Shown: positions 1 to 10,555 of the stretch, one piece after another
Layout of the letters: each line of letters starts with the position of its first letter
How positions within the stretch are numbered: position 1 is the stretch's first letter
Assembly (NCBI GenBank): GCA_963422395.1
Contig: OY729431.1
Location: 864,001-928,000 of the forward strand
Origin: Vicinamibacteria bacterium
GTDB taxonomy: Bacteria > Acidobacteriota > Vicinamibacteria > Marinacidobacterales > Marinacidobacteraceae
Reading direction: 5' to 3'
DNA: 64,000 nucleotides
Notes under the pieces: model-generated
Told to the model about the DNA's origin: nothing
The model's input: the letters and a program-made list of their open reading frames with translations, nothing else
The model's database searches: none
Position numbers and translations under genes: made by a program

Positions 1-2285
1 CGGCGGCACATGAGCGAGATCGAAGCCAGACTGAAGAGGAGGTTGGGAGACCAGGCGGCGAGTGCCGGATCGAGAAGCTCCGCATCGCCCAGGAAGCTGA
101 AGAAGTGGGTGGCGATCAGGTAGATGATTCCGATGGCGAGCGCGATCGCGGCGCCCGCCACCGCACCCCGGTTCGTGCTCCGGAAGGCGAAGGGAACGGC
201 GATCAGCACCGCGACCAGCGAAGCGATGGGCAGCGACGCCTTGGTGTGGAGGTCCACCAGGAGGTCCGGGGCGCGGTGCCCGGCTGTTTGGACGATGGCG
301 ATGCGGTCTCGCAGTTCGGGATAGGGGAGATGGTCGGGGGCGATCTCCTCCTGGAGGAACGCCCCGGGTGGTGGAACTCCGGGAAACGCGCGAACCGCGA
401 AGGGGCTTGGGGGGCTGCCCCCGGCGAACTCGCGCTGCCAGCCCCCGATCGCCGTCCACGACCGATCGGCCGGCGACCAGTGGGCGGAAGCGGCGTACCG
501 GCGGGCGGTGAGGGAAGATCCATCCGTCGCGGTCTCGAAGACCGAAAGCCCGCTGAGCACCTCGTTGTCCTGGTCGAACTCGCGGTAATGGAAGATCGTT
601 CCCCCGGGGCCGATCCTCCAGTGCTGCTCGAGGGGATCGAGGGAGCGGATGCGCAGCCCCCGGATCCGCGCTCCGAGGTCTTCGCTCTGGGGACCGGCGA
701 TCGGAAGGAGCATTTCCTGGATCGCGAGCCCGCCGGCCGCCGCCGCGAGACCTACGGCGAGGGTGGGGACTGCCAGACGACTGCGGCTCACTCCGCCGGC
801 GAGGAAGGCCGTCAGTTCGCTGTGACGGCTCAGGACGCCGAAGGTCACCAGCGTTGCCGCGAGAGTCGCGAGGGGAAGCATCTGGATCGTGAACTCGGGG
901 AGCGATAGCCCGAGGTAGCGGGCGAGCAGGGAGCCCGGGGCTTCGTGATCGAAGGCGTCTCCGATCATCGCGGTCAGGCGGCCGATCGTCTGCACTGCGA
1001 CGAGCGCGGCCAGCGAAATGATGAAGAACCGCGCGAACTGGGTGATCACATAGCGGTCGAGCAGCGTCGGCAGGCCGGGAAGGCGAAGCCGTCGCCGCCG
1101 GGCAGTGCGGGGCCGGTATCCCGGCGCCTGCGGCAGGAAGAGAGCGCCCGCCCGCCGAAACCACCGGGCGAGCGCCCCCAGCGGATCCAGTTCCCGCGCG
1201 GTCGAGAGCAGCAGGAGCACGCCGAGGGCGGCGGCGAGGAAGTTGGCGGCCCACACCGCCAGCCAGGCGGGCAGCTCGCCGTCCACCGCGAGCTGTTCCC
1301 CGAAGGTGAGGGGAATGTAGTAACCGAAGACCACCAGCACCGCGGCGGCGAAGGCGCCGGCGCGCGCCGATCCGGGGGAGGGGCGGAGTCCGAGGCCGAG
1401 GCCGAGCAGCCCGAAGGCGAGACAGGCGAAGGGCAGTGCGAATTTCTTGTGGATCTCCACCAGATAGACCGGGTGCGCGGTGGCCGCGAAAGCGGTTGCC
1501 AGGTCCGGCAGCGACATGGCGCGGGCGCTCTGCCGAGGGCTCACCGCTTCGGGCCCGAAGACGCTCAGGGCGTCGAGCGGCAGCCGGATTTCCGATGCCC
1601 GCTGGATGCGGTAGCGGCTGGGGTTTTCGAGTGCGGCGTTGTGCACTTCCACGGCGTCGAGCTCGATCAGGGCGATGCGGTCCTCGGGCACCGTCACCAG
1701 CCTCCCGCGCTCGGCGACGAAGATCGTGGGATCGGCGCTCCTCTCGGTGTCGGCGAGAAAAACCTGCCGCCAGCCGTTCTCGTTCGGTGGGGTTTCGCCC
1801 ACCAGCAGTACCCGGCCGTCGAGCAGTTCGTCGTAGAAGATTCGGGGTTCGATCTGGGTCCGGAGGCGCGAGCTGAGCAGTTCGTCCGAGAGTTCCACGA
1901 ATCGACGGTTCGAGCGCGGGACCACCTCTAGCATGAGTGTGCTCGACAGCACGAACCCCATCGCCGAGGCCGCCGCGATCGGCAGCAAAAGCCGGCCGGG
2001 AGAGAGGCCGCCGGCCCGCATCGCGATCAGTTCGTGGCCGCTCGTGAGCCGGTGCAGCGCGAGCAGGATTCCGAAGATCAGCGCGCTGGGGATCGCGACC
2101 ACGAGCAGTCCCGGCATCAGGTGGACGAGGGCGAGTCCCACAGTGGCCGGATCGGCGCCTTGGGTCACCAGGAGTTGTATGTTCCGCACCAGCTCGTTCA
2201 TGAGCAGGGCGAACAGGAAGACTCCGGTGCCGAGCAGGATGCCGGGAGCGATCAGGCGGAGGATGTAGCGGTCGAGAAGTCCCAC
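1..2285 (-). CDS. Fused LptF/LptG LPS export ABC permease (3' end runs off window)
   Basis: Minus-strand reading from GTG 2285 gives MGLLDRYILRLIAPGILLGTGVFLFALLMNELV. A second 'TLLDRYVITQF' LptG-type N-terminal motif occurs near 1065. Absent from the ORF track because no stop falls in the window. Confidence 0.85.
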   Translation of the reverse strand, partial: MGLLDRYILRLIAPGILLGTGVFLFALLMNELVRNIQLLVTQGADPATVGLALVHLMPGLLVVAIPSALIFGILLALHRLTSGHELIAMRAGGLSPGRLLLPIAAASAMGFVLSSTLMLEVVPRSNRRFVELSDELLSSRLRTQIEPRIFYDELLDGRVLLVGETPPNENGWRQVFLADTERSADPTIFVAERGRLVTVPEDRIALIELDAVEVHNAALENPSRYRIQRASEIRLPLDALSVFGPEAVSPRQSARAMSLPDLATAFAATAHPVYLVEIHKKFALPFACLAFGLLGLGLGLRPSPGSARAGAFAAAVLVVFGYYIPLTFGEQLAVDGELPAWLAVWAANFLAAALGVLLLLSTARELDPLGALARWFRRAGALFLPQAPGYRPRTARRRRLRLPGLPTLLDRYVITQFARFFIISLAALVAVQTIGRLTAMIGDAFDHEAPGSLLARYLGLSLPEFTIQMLPLATLAATLVTFGVLSRHSELTAFLAGGVSRSRLAVPTLAVGLAAAAGGLAIQEMLLPIAGPQSEDLGARIRGLRIRSLDPLEQHWRIGPGGTIFHYREFDQDNEVLSGLSVFETATDGSSLTARRYAASAHWSPADRSWTAIGGWQREFAGGSPPSPFAVRAFPGVPPPGAFLQEEIAPDHLPYPELRDRIAIVQTAGHRAPDLLVDLHTKASLPIASLVAVLIAVPFAFRSTNRGAVAGAAIALAIGIIYLIATHFFSFLGDAELLDPALAAWSPNLLFSLASISLMCR

Positions 2286-2315
2286 GAGACTCCGCGATTG
2301 TAGGAAGCTCTCGGT

Positions 2316-2491
2316 CCGAGCGGTCCGGGAGCGGGGCGTCAGGATTGCGTCGGGCGTTCTCGGGGGAGGAGCGGGACACCCCGCTCCCGAAGCGCCCGGC
2401 GCTGCGCGCCGGGAATCCGAACTGCTGCCGGAGGCAGCGAGTTCGGATTCCGGGTCACGAATTCGTGAAAGGGGGTGGACCCCATTTCACA
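2316..2491 (+). repeat. Dispersed palindromic repeat family 2, copy A
   Basis: Matches 10082-10197 (direct) and 30951-31130 (inverted). Contains the hairpin ggaatccgaactgctgcc/ggcagcgagttcggattcc and the palindrome tcacgaattcgtga. Confidence 0.8.
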
Positions 2492-2693
2492 CATTGCATG
2501 CGATGTCGCGTGGCGGTGGGGAGGCCCCGGTCACGCTTCTCTCCGCGACCATGGAGTCCGGCCTACCGTATATGGGGGCAGGCCTGGGTCAGAGGCACAA
2601 GATGTTGGGGTTTGGCGCGTTGATCTCTAGAATAGGACTTGCCTTGCGAGGGGACGCGCGACGGGGTATCGAGGCGCGGAAGGGAATTATCCA

Positions 2694-5600
2694 GTGAGAA
2701 TCGAGCGGCTGGAAATCGCCGGATTCAAGAGCTTTCCGGAGCAGGTGACCCTCGACTTCCATTCCGGCGCCACTGCGGTCGTGGGACCGAACGGCTGCGG
2801 CAAGAGCAACATCGCCGACGCCATCCTCTGGGTGCTCGGCGAGCTCGGAGCCGGGACGATCCGCGCCCGCGGGAAGGATCTGATCTTCAGCGGGAGCGCG
2901 TTGCGCCCGCCGCTCGGACTCGCGGAGGTCCGGCTGCAGATCCGGGGCGTCGCGCCACCGGTTTCGTCGTCGGGCGGCGCTGGCCGGAACGGGGCGGCTG
3001 CGGGAGAAGATGCCGGTGGATCGACCCGGGAGGTGTTGGTGACCCGGCGGGTGGACGCCAGCGGACAGTCTGCTTACGAAATGGAGGGCCGGCGTTCGAC
3101 GCGCCGGGAGATCCGGAGGCTCTTCGCCGGCACGGGGCTCGGGGACGGCTCCTACGCGCTGATCGAGCAGGGCCGCGCCCACGAAGTGCTCACCGCGAAG
3201 CCCGACGAGCTGCGGCTCCTGGTAGAGGAAGCTGCCGGACTCGGCGCGTACCGGCTCAACCGCCGCGAGAGCGAGTCCAACCTGCGCACCGCCGAGAGGT
3301 CGCTCATGCAGGTCCGCGAACGGCTTCAAGAGCTGAACCGGCACATCCGTCAGGCCCGCCGGGATTCGCGCAACGCGAGCCGCATTCGAGAGATCGCCAG
3401 CCGGATCCGCTTGCTCGGGATCGCCGCGCAGGCGGCGCGCCGGGATGAACTGCTTCGGCGCATTCGGGACGGCACGGCTCCCGAGACCGGTCTCTCTGCC
3501 GAGCGGGCGAGGCGGAGAACGAGCCTCGCGGCATTCGAGCGTTTTCTCGACGACCTCCGCGGGCACCGGGAGCAGTCGGAGGGAAAGCTGCGGCAGGCGA
3601 CCCGCCGACTGGGCGAGCTGAGAAGCGCCGGAGCCCGGGCGGAAGCGCTTCTGGACGAGGGAGAGCGGGCGGCGTCGCTGCGGGCCGAGCAGCTGGCGCG
3701 CCTCGACGCGGAGGAGATCGATCTTCGTGATCGCCTTCGCCGCCGGGATGCCGATCTGGCGGATCGAGCCCGCCGCGCCCGGGAATTCCCGGATCTGCTC
3801 GAGCGCCTGGGCGCAGCGGTGGACGAACTCGCGAGTCGGCGCCGTGCCGCGAGCGCCGCCGAACGGGACTGCTATCGGAATCTCGAGGAAACGCGGCGCG
3901 AACGTGACCGTCTGGAAGCGGCCGCGGGAGCGTTCCGCTCGTCTTCGGCGGAGCACGAGCAGCAGCGCGAGCGGCTTGCTGCGGCCGGGCTCGCCCTCGC
4001 CGGCGCGCAGCGGGAACTCGAGGCGCGCCAGGAGCACGCCCGCATGGTTCGTTCCCAGGCGGACGCGCGACGCCGCGAACAGGCGCAGTCGAGATCCCGG
4101 ATCGCGGGGCAGCTCGAAGACGCCGCGGAGCGTCGGGACCGCTCCGGCGCTCGGCTGGAGGCGGCGCGCAAGGCAGAGGAGGCGCTGCGGCAGGAGCGGG
4201 ATGCGCTGGAGGCTCGTCTCGCTTCGCTGAAAGCACTCGTCCTTTCCCGGGAGCAGCTCGGAGAAGGCGCCTCGCGCATCCTCGAGGCGGCGCGCCGGCT
4301 CGACCTATCGATCGGAGACCCGGTGGGCGAGACCGTCGAGGTGGCGAGCGGCTACGAGCGCGCCGCGGAGCGGGTGCTCGGAGTCCACCGGATCTGGCTC
4401 GACCGCGCGGACGATCTCCCGCGGCTGGTCGAGGAGCTGGGAGGGGAGGATTCCGTTCCTGGCGAGGTGCTGGTCCGCGAATTCGTCGAAGCCTCCGGGC
4501 CGTCGGAATCCGGAACCGGAACCCGGGAGCAGCCCCCTCCGGGGGGGGAGTGGCTTCGAGACCAGGTGGCTGCCTGTGCCCCGGGACTCGCTGCCGCGAT
4601 TCCGAACGCGACTGTAGTTCCTGACCTCGAAACGGCGCTGTCATCCTTTGCGGCCCGCCCGGCGCTCTATGTGACGCGGGGGGGAGCGAGCGTGGCACGG
4701 CCGGGGGTAGTGCGTTTCGGCCGCGGCGGTCCCGGCGAGGGATTTCTCGCGGCGCGCCGGGAAGTGGCCGGACTCGAGCGAGAACGCCGGGAATTCGAAC
4801 GGCGGCTCGAAGAGCTCACGGCCGTCCGGGCGGCCGCGGAGGGAACGGCCGCCGCCGCGGGGCGGGCGTACGAGGAACTCCGCGAGGCGCTCGTACGAGC
4901 TGAAGGAGTCGCCGAACGATTGCGGCTCGAATACGAGCGCAGCGACGACAACGCCCGCGAGGTGGAGCGCCGCCTGGAGGAACTCGCCGCTGAGGCTTCC
5001 GTCCATGCCGAAGATTCCCGGCGCAACGAGGAAGCGGGCTCCCGGGCGCTGGCTGCCCTCGACAGGGACGCCGGCTGCTTGGAGAAAACAGTTCGGGCGC
5101 TTGCCGCGGAAGAGAAGCAGCTGGCCTCGGCGAGGGAGCAATTCGCCGCTGCCGAGAAGGGCTGGCGGGAAGCGGACCGCGAGTGGACCCGGCAGAAGGC
5201 AGTGGCCGAAGAGTTACGCCGGCAAACCGGCGCCTGGGAACGGCACCAGCAGGAAGAGAACCGGCGGCTCGAACGAATCGCCCGCGATCGGGCCGCCCTC
5301 GCGCGGGAGAGCGAACGGTGGAAGGAGCGGCGGGAAGCTGCCCTCGCGCAGCGCGCGGCGTCCGCATCGGGAACGGCCGAATGGGAAGCCCGCGAACAGC
5401 GCCTCGGTGAGATCGTCGGCGAGCTCGGAGCGCGACTCGAAGAAACCGCTGCCGCCGCCCGCCGCCGCCGCGCCGAACTCGACGGGGTCGAGGAACGGCT
5501 CGCCGCGGCGAGCCGCGAGGTCTCCGAAGCGCGCAGCCTGCTCGCCGATCTGGAGAGCGAGTTCCGCCGCGAGAGCGGCCTTCGCCTGGCCGAAGAATCC

Positions 5601-6419
5601 GCTGGTCTGCCTCCGGCCCTCCGCGGGAAGACCCGAGAAGAATTGACGGCGGAGCTCGACGCGGCCCGGGGGGAGATCGAGGCGCTCGGACCCGTTAACG
5701 AGGTTGCGGAAGCCCGGCTTCGCGAGCTCGAGGCGGAACGGAGCGGACCGGCTTCCCGGCTGCACGATGTGGAACGGGGCATTGCGGACGGGTTGAAGGC
5801 GATGGAGAGGCAGGACCGCGATGCACGCCGCATCTTCAGGGAGGGTTTCGCTGCGGTGAACGCCGGCTTCGACGATGCCTTTCGTCGGCTTTTCGGCGGC
5901 GGCCGCGCCGAGCTGCGGCTCGTGGCGCCGCGCCGCGCGGCAGATGCGGAAGAGGACCCCGCGTGGACGGAGAACGGAACCGATAGCCGAGACGAACGGC
6001 CGGGCGCCGGACGCTTCGGGATCGAGATCGCTGCGGAACCCCCCGGGAAAAAGCTGCAGAGCGTGCGGCTCCTTTCCGGAGGGGAAAAAGCTTTGACCGC
6101 GCTCGCCTTCCTCATCGCCATCTTCCGCTATCGACCGGCCCCTTTCTGTCTGCTGGACGAAGTGGACGCTCCCCTCGATGACGCCAATGTGCAGCGTTTC
6201 GTCGCTCTGCTCGGGGAGCTGAAGCAGGACACTCAGCTCGTCGTCATCACCCACAACCGGCTCACGATGGAGGCATGCGAACATCTCTATGGAGTGACGA
6301 TGGAGGAACCGGGAGTTTCCCGGTTGCTCTCGGTGCAACTCGATGACGAAGAGTCGGAAGAGTGGATCGCCGGGACATCGGCTACCGCACCCGGCGGTTC
6401 CGGTCTCCCGGCGCACTGA
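2694..6419 (+). CDS. smc: Chromosome segregation protein SMC
   Basis: GFKSF, Walker A GPNGCGKSN, long coiled coils around a hinge, signature LSGGEK, Walker B LLDEVDAPLD; 1241 aa. Confidence 0.95.
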   Translation: MRIERLEIAGFKSFPEQVTLDFHSGATAVVGPNGCGKSNIADAILWVLGELGAGTIRARGKDLIFSGSALRPPLGLAEVRLQIRGVAPPVSSSGGAGRNGAAAGEDAGGSTREVLVTRRVDASGQSAYEMEGRRSTRREIRRLFAGTGLGDGSYALIEQGRAHEVLTAKPDELRLLVEEAAGLGAYRLNRRESESNLRTAERSLMQVRERLQELNRHIRQARRDSRNASRIREIASRIRLLGIAAQAARRDELLRRIRDGTAPETGLSAERARRRTSLAAFERFLDDLRGHREQSEGKLRQATRRLGELRSAGARAEALLDEGERAASLRAEQLARLDAEEIDLRDRLRRRDADLADRARRAREFPDLLERLGAAVDELASRRRAASAAERDCYRNLEETRRERDRLEAAAGAFRSSSAEHEQQRERLAAAGLALAGAQRELEARQEHARMVRSQADARRREQAQSRSRIAGQLEDAAERRDRSGARLEAARKAEEALRQERDALEARLASLKALVLSREQLGEGASRILEAARRLDLSIGDPVGETVEVASGYERAAERVLGVHRIWLDRADDLPRLVEELGGEDSVPGEVLVREFVEASGPSESGTGTREQPPPGGEWLRDQVAACAPGLAAAIPNATVVPDLETALSSFAARPALYVTRGGASVARPGVVRFGRGGPGEGFLAARREVAGLERERREFERRLEELTAVRAAAEGTAAAAGRAYEELREALVRAEGVAERLRLEYERSDDNAREVERRLEELAAEASVHAEDSRRNEEAGSRALAALDRDAGCLEKTVRALAAEEKQLASAREQFAAAEKGWREADREWTRQKAVAEELRRQTGAWERHQQEENRRLERIARDRAALARESERWKERREAALAQRAASASGTAEWEAREQRLGEIVGELGARLEETAAAARRRRAELDGVEERLAAASREVSEARSLLADLESEFRRESGLRLAEESAGLPPALRGKTREELTAELDAARGEIEALGPVNEVAEARLRELEAERSGPASRLHDVERGIADGLKAMERQDRDARRIFREGFAAVNAGFDDAFRRLFGGGRAELRLVAPRRAADAEEDPAWTENGTDSRDERPGAGRFGIEIAAEPPGKKLQSVRLLSGGEKALTALAFLIAIFRYRPAPFCLLDEVDAPLDDANVQRFVALLGELKQDTQLVVITHNRLTMEACEHLYGVTMEEPGVSRLLSVQLDDEESEEWIAGTSATAPGGSGLPAH

Positions 6420-6424
6420 TCGCA

Positions 6425-7438
6425 ATGGCGGGCCGGCGGGCGCCCGATCCCCCGTTGCGGGCGATGGTGTTCGCTGCCGGACGCGGAGACCGGATGGGCC
6501 CGCTCACCGCCAGGCGCGCCAAGCCGGCCCTGCCGTTCTGCCGGACGCCGCTGCTGGAGCGCATTCTGGACTGGCTCGCCGACAGCGGCGTCGAGGAAGC
6601 GGTGGTGAACCTGCACCACTGCCCGGAGACGATCGAGGCAGTGCTCCGGAAGGCGGAAAACAGCGGAGCGGCGCCGCTGCGCCTCTATCGATCCCGGGAG
6701 GCCGAACTGCTCGGCACCTCGGGAGGCCTTTCGCGGGCAAGCGAGCAGTTCCCCGCGCTCGCCAGGACGACCGGTAGGCTTCTGGTGCTGAACGGAGATA
6801 CCCTGCCGACTCTCCGCCTCGAGAGAATGGTTCGGTTCCACCGTCTGAGCGGCGGCGAAGCCACTCTGCTCGCGGACCCTGCTCCCGGCCCGGAATTCGC
6901 CGGCGAGCGGCGGCTCGATGCCGACGAAGCCGGGGTGATCACCGGACTCAGCGGGGCGGGGGGTCCCGGATTCGGTTTCGCGGGAGTCTGGCTCCTCGAA
7001 CCGACTGCGCTTCGCCATCTGAGCGGGAGGAGCGGCGGCCTCTCGGGTGATCTGCTGCCCGGGCTGATCCGCAGTGGAACCGGACGGGCTTTTCCCAGCC
7101 GCGCTCCCTGGTTCGAAATCGGAACTCCGGCCCGCTATCTGGAAGCGTCGCTCCGCGCGCTCGATCGCAGGATGGCCGCGGGTCCACCCGAAGGCGGCAT
7201 CCGGGCTGCGCCCGGGGCACGGGTGACCCACCCCGAACTCGTCTCTCCTGGCTGCTCCCTCGATCCGGGAGCGCGGGTCGAACGGTCGGTGCTGCTCGAA
7301 GAGGTGTCCATCGGAGCGGGAGCCCTCGTCTGTGAATCGGTGGTTGCGTCAGGAGAGACGGTTCCGGCCGGGGCGGTCGTTCGCGACGCCCTCTTCGCCA
7401 GGGGAATCGCCCTGCCGCTCGCAGGTTCCCCGGCATGA
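6425..7438 (+). CDS. NDP-sugar pyrophosphorylase, MurU-like nucleotidyltransferase
   Basis: AMVFAAGRGDRMGPLT..KP motif, LNGD, C-terminal hexapeptide-like repeats; adjacent to an AmgK-like kinase. Confidence 0.8.
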   Translation: MAGRRAPDPPLRAMVFAAGRGDRMGPLTARRAKPALPFCRTPLLERILDWLADSGVEEAVVNLHHCPETIEAVLRKAENSGAAPLRLYRSREAELLGTSGGLSRASEQFPALARTTGRLLVLNGDTLPTLRLERMVRFHRLSGGEATLLADPAPGPEFAGERRLDADEAGVITGLSGAGGPGFGFAGVWLLEPTALRHLSGRSGGLSGDLLPGLIRSGTGRAFPSRAPWFEIGTPARYLEASLRALDRRMAAGPPEGGIRAAPGARVTHPELVSPGCSLDPGARVERSVLLEEVSIGAGALVCESVVASGETVPAGAVVRDALFARGIALPLAGSPA

Positions 7439-7541
7439 TGGGCGGCGGTGAGGAAAGCCATGGATGCCGGGAGGCGGCGCGGAGCGCGGCCGCCGGTGGT
7501 CAGGCCCGAGTACCGATGCCGGGTGCTGGTGGCGCGGGCCG

Positions 7542-8624
7542 ATGAGCGCGCCGCAGCCGTCGGAGCGCGACACGATTCGCCGTCTCGACAGCTTCCGGTC
7601 GCGGCGAGGTTTCTCCTGCGCCCGGGTCGAGCGTCTGGTCCAGGATGCCGGCGAGCGCGTGTATTTCCGGGTCCATCCCGAGTCCGGGGAGGAAACGCTC
7701 GTCCTTTGCGTCATGTCGAGGCCCTACGAGCCCGGGACTCTGCCCTTCGCCAACTCGGCCGCTCTCTACCGCGAGCTGGGGGTCGGGGGGCCGCGGATTC
7801 TGGAAGAGGCCCCGGATCTGGGCGTGGTGGTGCTCGAAGACCTCGGGGACGATCTGCTCCAAACCGTAGCCCGCCGCGGCGAGGCGCGCACCGGCGCGCT
7901 CTACGCGGGAGCGGTAGAAATTCTCGCCAGAATTCAGCGGGAAGGGGCTCGGCTGCGCCAGCCGGCTCAGGAGGCCCGCTTTCGGGCGTTCTCGCTGCAC
8001 CTCGATCCGGCGCTGTTTCTGCGGGAACTGCGATTCTTCGTCGACCACTTCCTGGAGGGATACCTCCACGTGTCTCTCGGAGAGCGCGGCGCCCGTGAGC
8101 TCGATGGGCTCTTCGGGGAGCTCGCCACCGAAGCCGCTTCCGGGCCCGAGGCGCTTTGCCACCGGGATTTCCACTCTCGCAACCTGATGGCGGGGCCGGC
8201 CTCCGGGAACCGGAGCGGCGCGGCGCTTCGGGTGATCGACCATCAAGACACCCGGCTGGGTCCGCGCGGCTACGATCTGATGTCTCTCGTCCGCGACCCT
8301 TATGTCGCAGCGGCCTCGCCGGGGCCGATGTCGTTTTCCCTGCCTTTCGCCGAAACGGAACTCGTGACCGCTTTTTCGAAGGCTGCCGGCTTTTCCGAGA
8401 GTCCGGCGCAGCTCGCCGCCGAATTCGATGCGGTCGCCCTGCAGCGGCACCTCAAGGCGCTCGGCACCTACGGATTCCAGGTCTCGCGGCGACACAACGA
8501 TGTGTATCGCGACTTCATCGCTCCCACTGCCGCCATGGTGCGGGAGAATCTCGACCGCCATGGCGCGCGATCCGAGCGACGCCGCTTGCGCGGCCTCCTG
8601 TCGGACCTGATGGAGCTCTGCTGA
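7542..8624 (+). CDS. Aminoglycoside-phosphotransferase-fold kinase, AmgK-like (peptidoglycan recycling)
   Basis: DAGERVYFR, LEDLGD, HRDFHSRNLM, IDHQD and QRHLKALGTYG motifs. Confidence 0.85.
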   Translation: MSAPQPSERDTIRRLDSFRSRRGFSCARVERLVQDAGERVYFRVHPESGEETLVLCVMSRPYEPGTLPFANSAALYRELGVGGPRILEEAPDLGVVVLEDLGDDLLQTVARRGEARTGALYAGAVEILARIQREGARLRQPAQEARFRAFSLHLDPALFLRELRFFVDHFLEGYLHVSLGERGARELDGLFGELATEAASGPEALCHRDFHSRNLMAGPASGNRSGAALRVIDHQDTRLGPRGYDLMSLVRDPYVAAASPGPMSFSLPFAETELVTAFSKAAGFSESPAQLAAEFDAVALQRHLKALGTYGFQVSRRHNDVYRDFIAPTAAMVRENLDRHGARSERRRLRGLLSDLMELC

Positions 8625-8686
8625 AGCGCCGCCGCGTCGGTGATCTTGCAGTCGAAGCGGGCCGTCGGCGAAACTCCTCCCTGTCC

Positions 8687-10072
8687 ATGGCGCACGACAT
8701 CACCGGTCCGGCGGCTGTCCCCGCCGGCGATCCGCTGCCGTCTTCTTGGAAGGACCGCCGCTTACCCACGGTCGGGGCTCTCGGGCGCGCGGTCGCTTCC
8801 GACGGGGCGCCGCCGGAGGGGATTCCGGCGACATTACGGGGATGGCTCGCGGGGCGCCGGTCGAGCGGCAAGCTGCTCTTCCTCAGCTTCCGCGACGGGT
8901 CAGGTTTCGTCCAGGTGGTGGTGGCGAAGGCCGCGGTGCCCGGGGATGCCTTCGAAGCGGCCCGTCACTGCCCTCTGGAGAGCGCTGTCGAGATCACGGG
9001 GACGGCGCTCGCCGAGCCGCGCGCGCCGGGGGGGCTGGAAATTCGAGCTGCCGGGTTTTCCGTACTCCACTCCGCAGAACCGTACCCGATCACCCCCAAG
9101 GAGCACGGCGCTTCGTTTCTGCTCGACCACCGCCATCTCTGGCTGCGCTCGCGCAAACAGCACGCGTTGCTCCGGATCCGCGACGAAGTTCTCCATGCCT
9201 TTCGGGAATACCTGCGGCAACAGGACTTCGTCTGCGCCGACACTCCGATCTTCACTCCCAACGCCTGCGAGGGAACGACGACACTTTTCGAAACCCGCTA
9301 TTTCGATCGGCAGGCCTACCTGAGCCAGAGCGGCCAGCTCTACAACGAGGCAGTGGCGATGTCGGTAGGGCGGACCTACTGTCTCGGCCCCACCTTCCGC
9401 GCGGAGAAATCGAAGACCCGGCGGCACCTCATCGAGTTCTGGATGCTCGAACCGGAGGTTGCCTTCGCCGAGCTCGGGGAGATCATCGAACTCGCGGAGG
9501 GCCTCATCTGCCACGCGGTGCGGTGCGTTTTGGAGAATCGGAAGATCGAATTGGAAGTCCTGGAGCGGGACACTGCGCCGCTCGATCGGATCCGGGCGCC
9601 GTTCCCGCGGGTGACCTACGACGAAGCGGCGGAAATCCTCGAACGGAAGCAGACCGGGTTCATCTCCGGCGCGGACTTCGGTGCCCAGGACGAGACGGCG
9701 CTCACCGAGAATCTCGACCGCCCGTTGTGCGTCACCCATTTCCCCGCGGATATCAAGGCCTTCTACATGCAGCCCGACGAGGAGCGGCTCGACCGCGTGC
9801 TCTGCCTCGACATCATCGCTCCCGAGGGTTATGGAGAGGTCGTGGGGGGCGGGCAGCGCATCCATGACCTCGACCTGCTGCGCCGCCGGGTCGCCGAGCA
9901 CGGCCTTCCCGAGGACGCCTTCGCGTGGTATCTGGATCTGAGGCGCTACGGCAGCATGCCGCACTCGGGGTTCGGGCTCGGGATCGAACGGTTCGTGGCG
10001 TGGATGTCCGGGCTCTCCCACCTTCGGGAGGCGATTCCCTTTCCCAGGACCCTCTACCGCCTGACGCCTTAG
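8687..10072 (+). CDS. asnS: Asparagine--tRNA ligase
   Basis: YLSQSGQLY, FRAEKSKTRRHLIEFWM, WYLDLRRYGSMPHSGFGLGIER, IPFPR. Confidence 0.95.
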   Translation: MAHDITGPAAVPAGDPLPSSWKDRRLPTVGALGRAVASDGAPPEGIPATLRGWLAGRRSSGKLLFLSFRDGSGFVQVVVAKAAVPGDAFEAARHCPLESAVEITGTALAEPRAPGGLEIRAAGFSVLHSAEPYPITPKEHGASFLLDHRHLWLRSRKQHALLRIRDEVLHAFREYLRQQDFVCADTPIFTPNACEGTTTLFETRYFDRQAYLSQSGQLYNEAVAMSVGRTYCLGPTFRAEKSKTRRHLIEFWMLEPEVAFAELGEIIELAEGLICHAVRCVLENRKIELEVLERDTAPLDRIRAPFPRVTYDEAAEILERKQTGFISGADFGAQDETALTENLDRPLCVTHFPADIKAFYMQPDEERLDRVLCLDIIAPEGYGEVVGGGQRIHDLDLLRRRVAEHGLPEDAFAWYLDLRRYGSMPHSGFGLGIERFVAWMSGLSHLREAIPFPRTLYRLTP

Positions 10073-10081
10073 GCTTGAAGG

Positions 10082-10197
10082 CCGAGCGCTCCGAGAGCGA
10101 GGCGTGGGAGTAGCGTCGGGCGTTCTCGGGGGAGGAGGGGGAGGCCCCGCTCCCGAACCGCCCGGCGCTGCGCGCCGGGAATCCGAACTGCTGCCGG
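10082..10197 (+). repeat. Dispersed repeat family 2, copy B (partial)
   Basis: gcgtcgggcgttctcgggggaggag...cgcccggcgctgcgcgccgggaatccgaactgctgccgg is shared with 2316-2431. Confidence 0.85.
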
Positions 10198-10372
10198 CAT
10201 TTTTTGGGCCACGGACGGGGGTGCCCTCGGGTGATTTTCCGGAGCTCGGCTCGGATGCAGATTGCGAACTGCTCCCCCTAAAAGACACTGCCGATTCCCG
10301 CGCATCGTTCGGCGCCGACCAGGACGAGCCGCGCGGGAACACTTCGTTCGACGCCGAAGGATGGGTCGCGGT

Positions 10373-10381
10373 TGTTATACT
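10373..10381 (+). promoter_or_regulatory. Candidate extended -10 promoter (TGtTATACT) for the rimP operon
   Basis: Near-consensus TGn-TATAAT in an otherwise GC-rich intergenic region upstream of rimP. Confidence 0.45.
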
Positions 10382-10555
10382 CGCCTGCTCGGGTGTGGCC
10401 GTGGCGAAGGGGCCGCGCCCGTGGTTTTCAATGGTCCGTTGCGCTGAGCGCGGCGGGTTTTCGCCGATTCCCTGACCCACGAGGCTTCGCGCATTCCGCA
10501 AGAAGAACCACGACCGCGCCAGCTATCCCGGGCTGCGCCCGATCTCTCCGCGCGT

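Noticed and set aside
105-2303. Long plus-strand ORFs (105-908, 945-1931 and others)
   Set aside because: Antisense shadows of the minus-strand lptF/G gene, typical of high-GC DNA.
2605-2633. Possible sigma-70 promoter for smc (TTGGGG-N17-TAGAAT)
   Set aside because: The -35 match is poor and cannot be supported without transcription start data.
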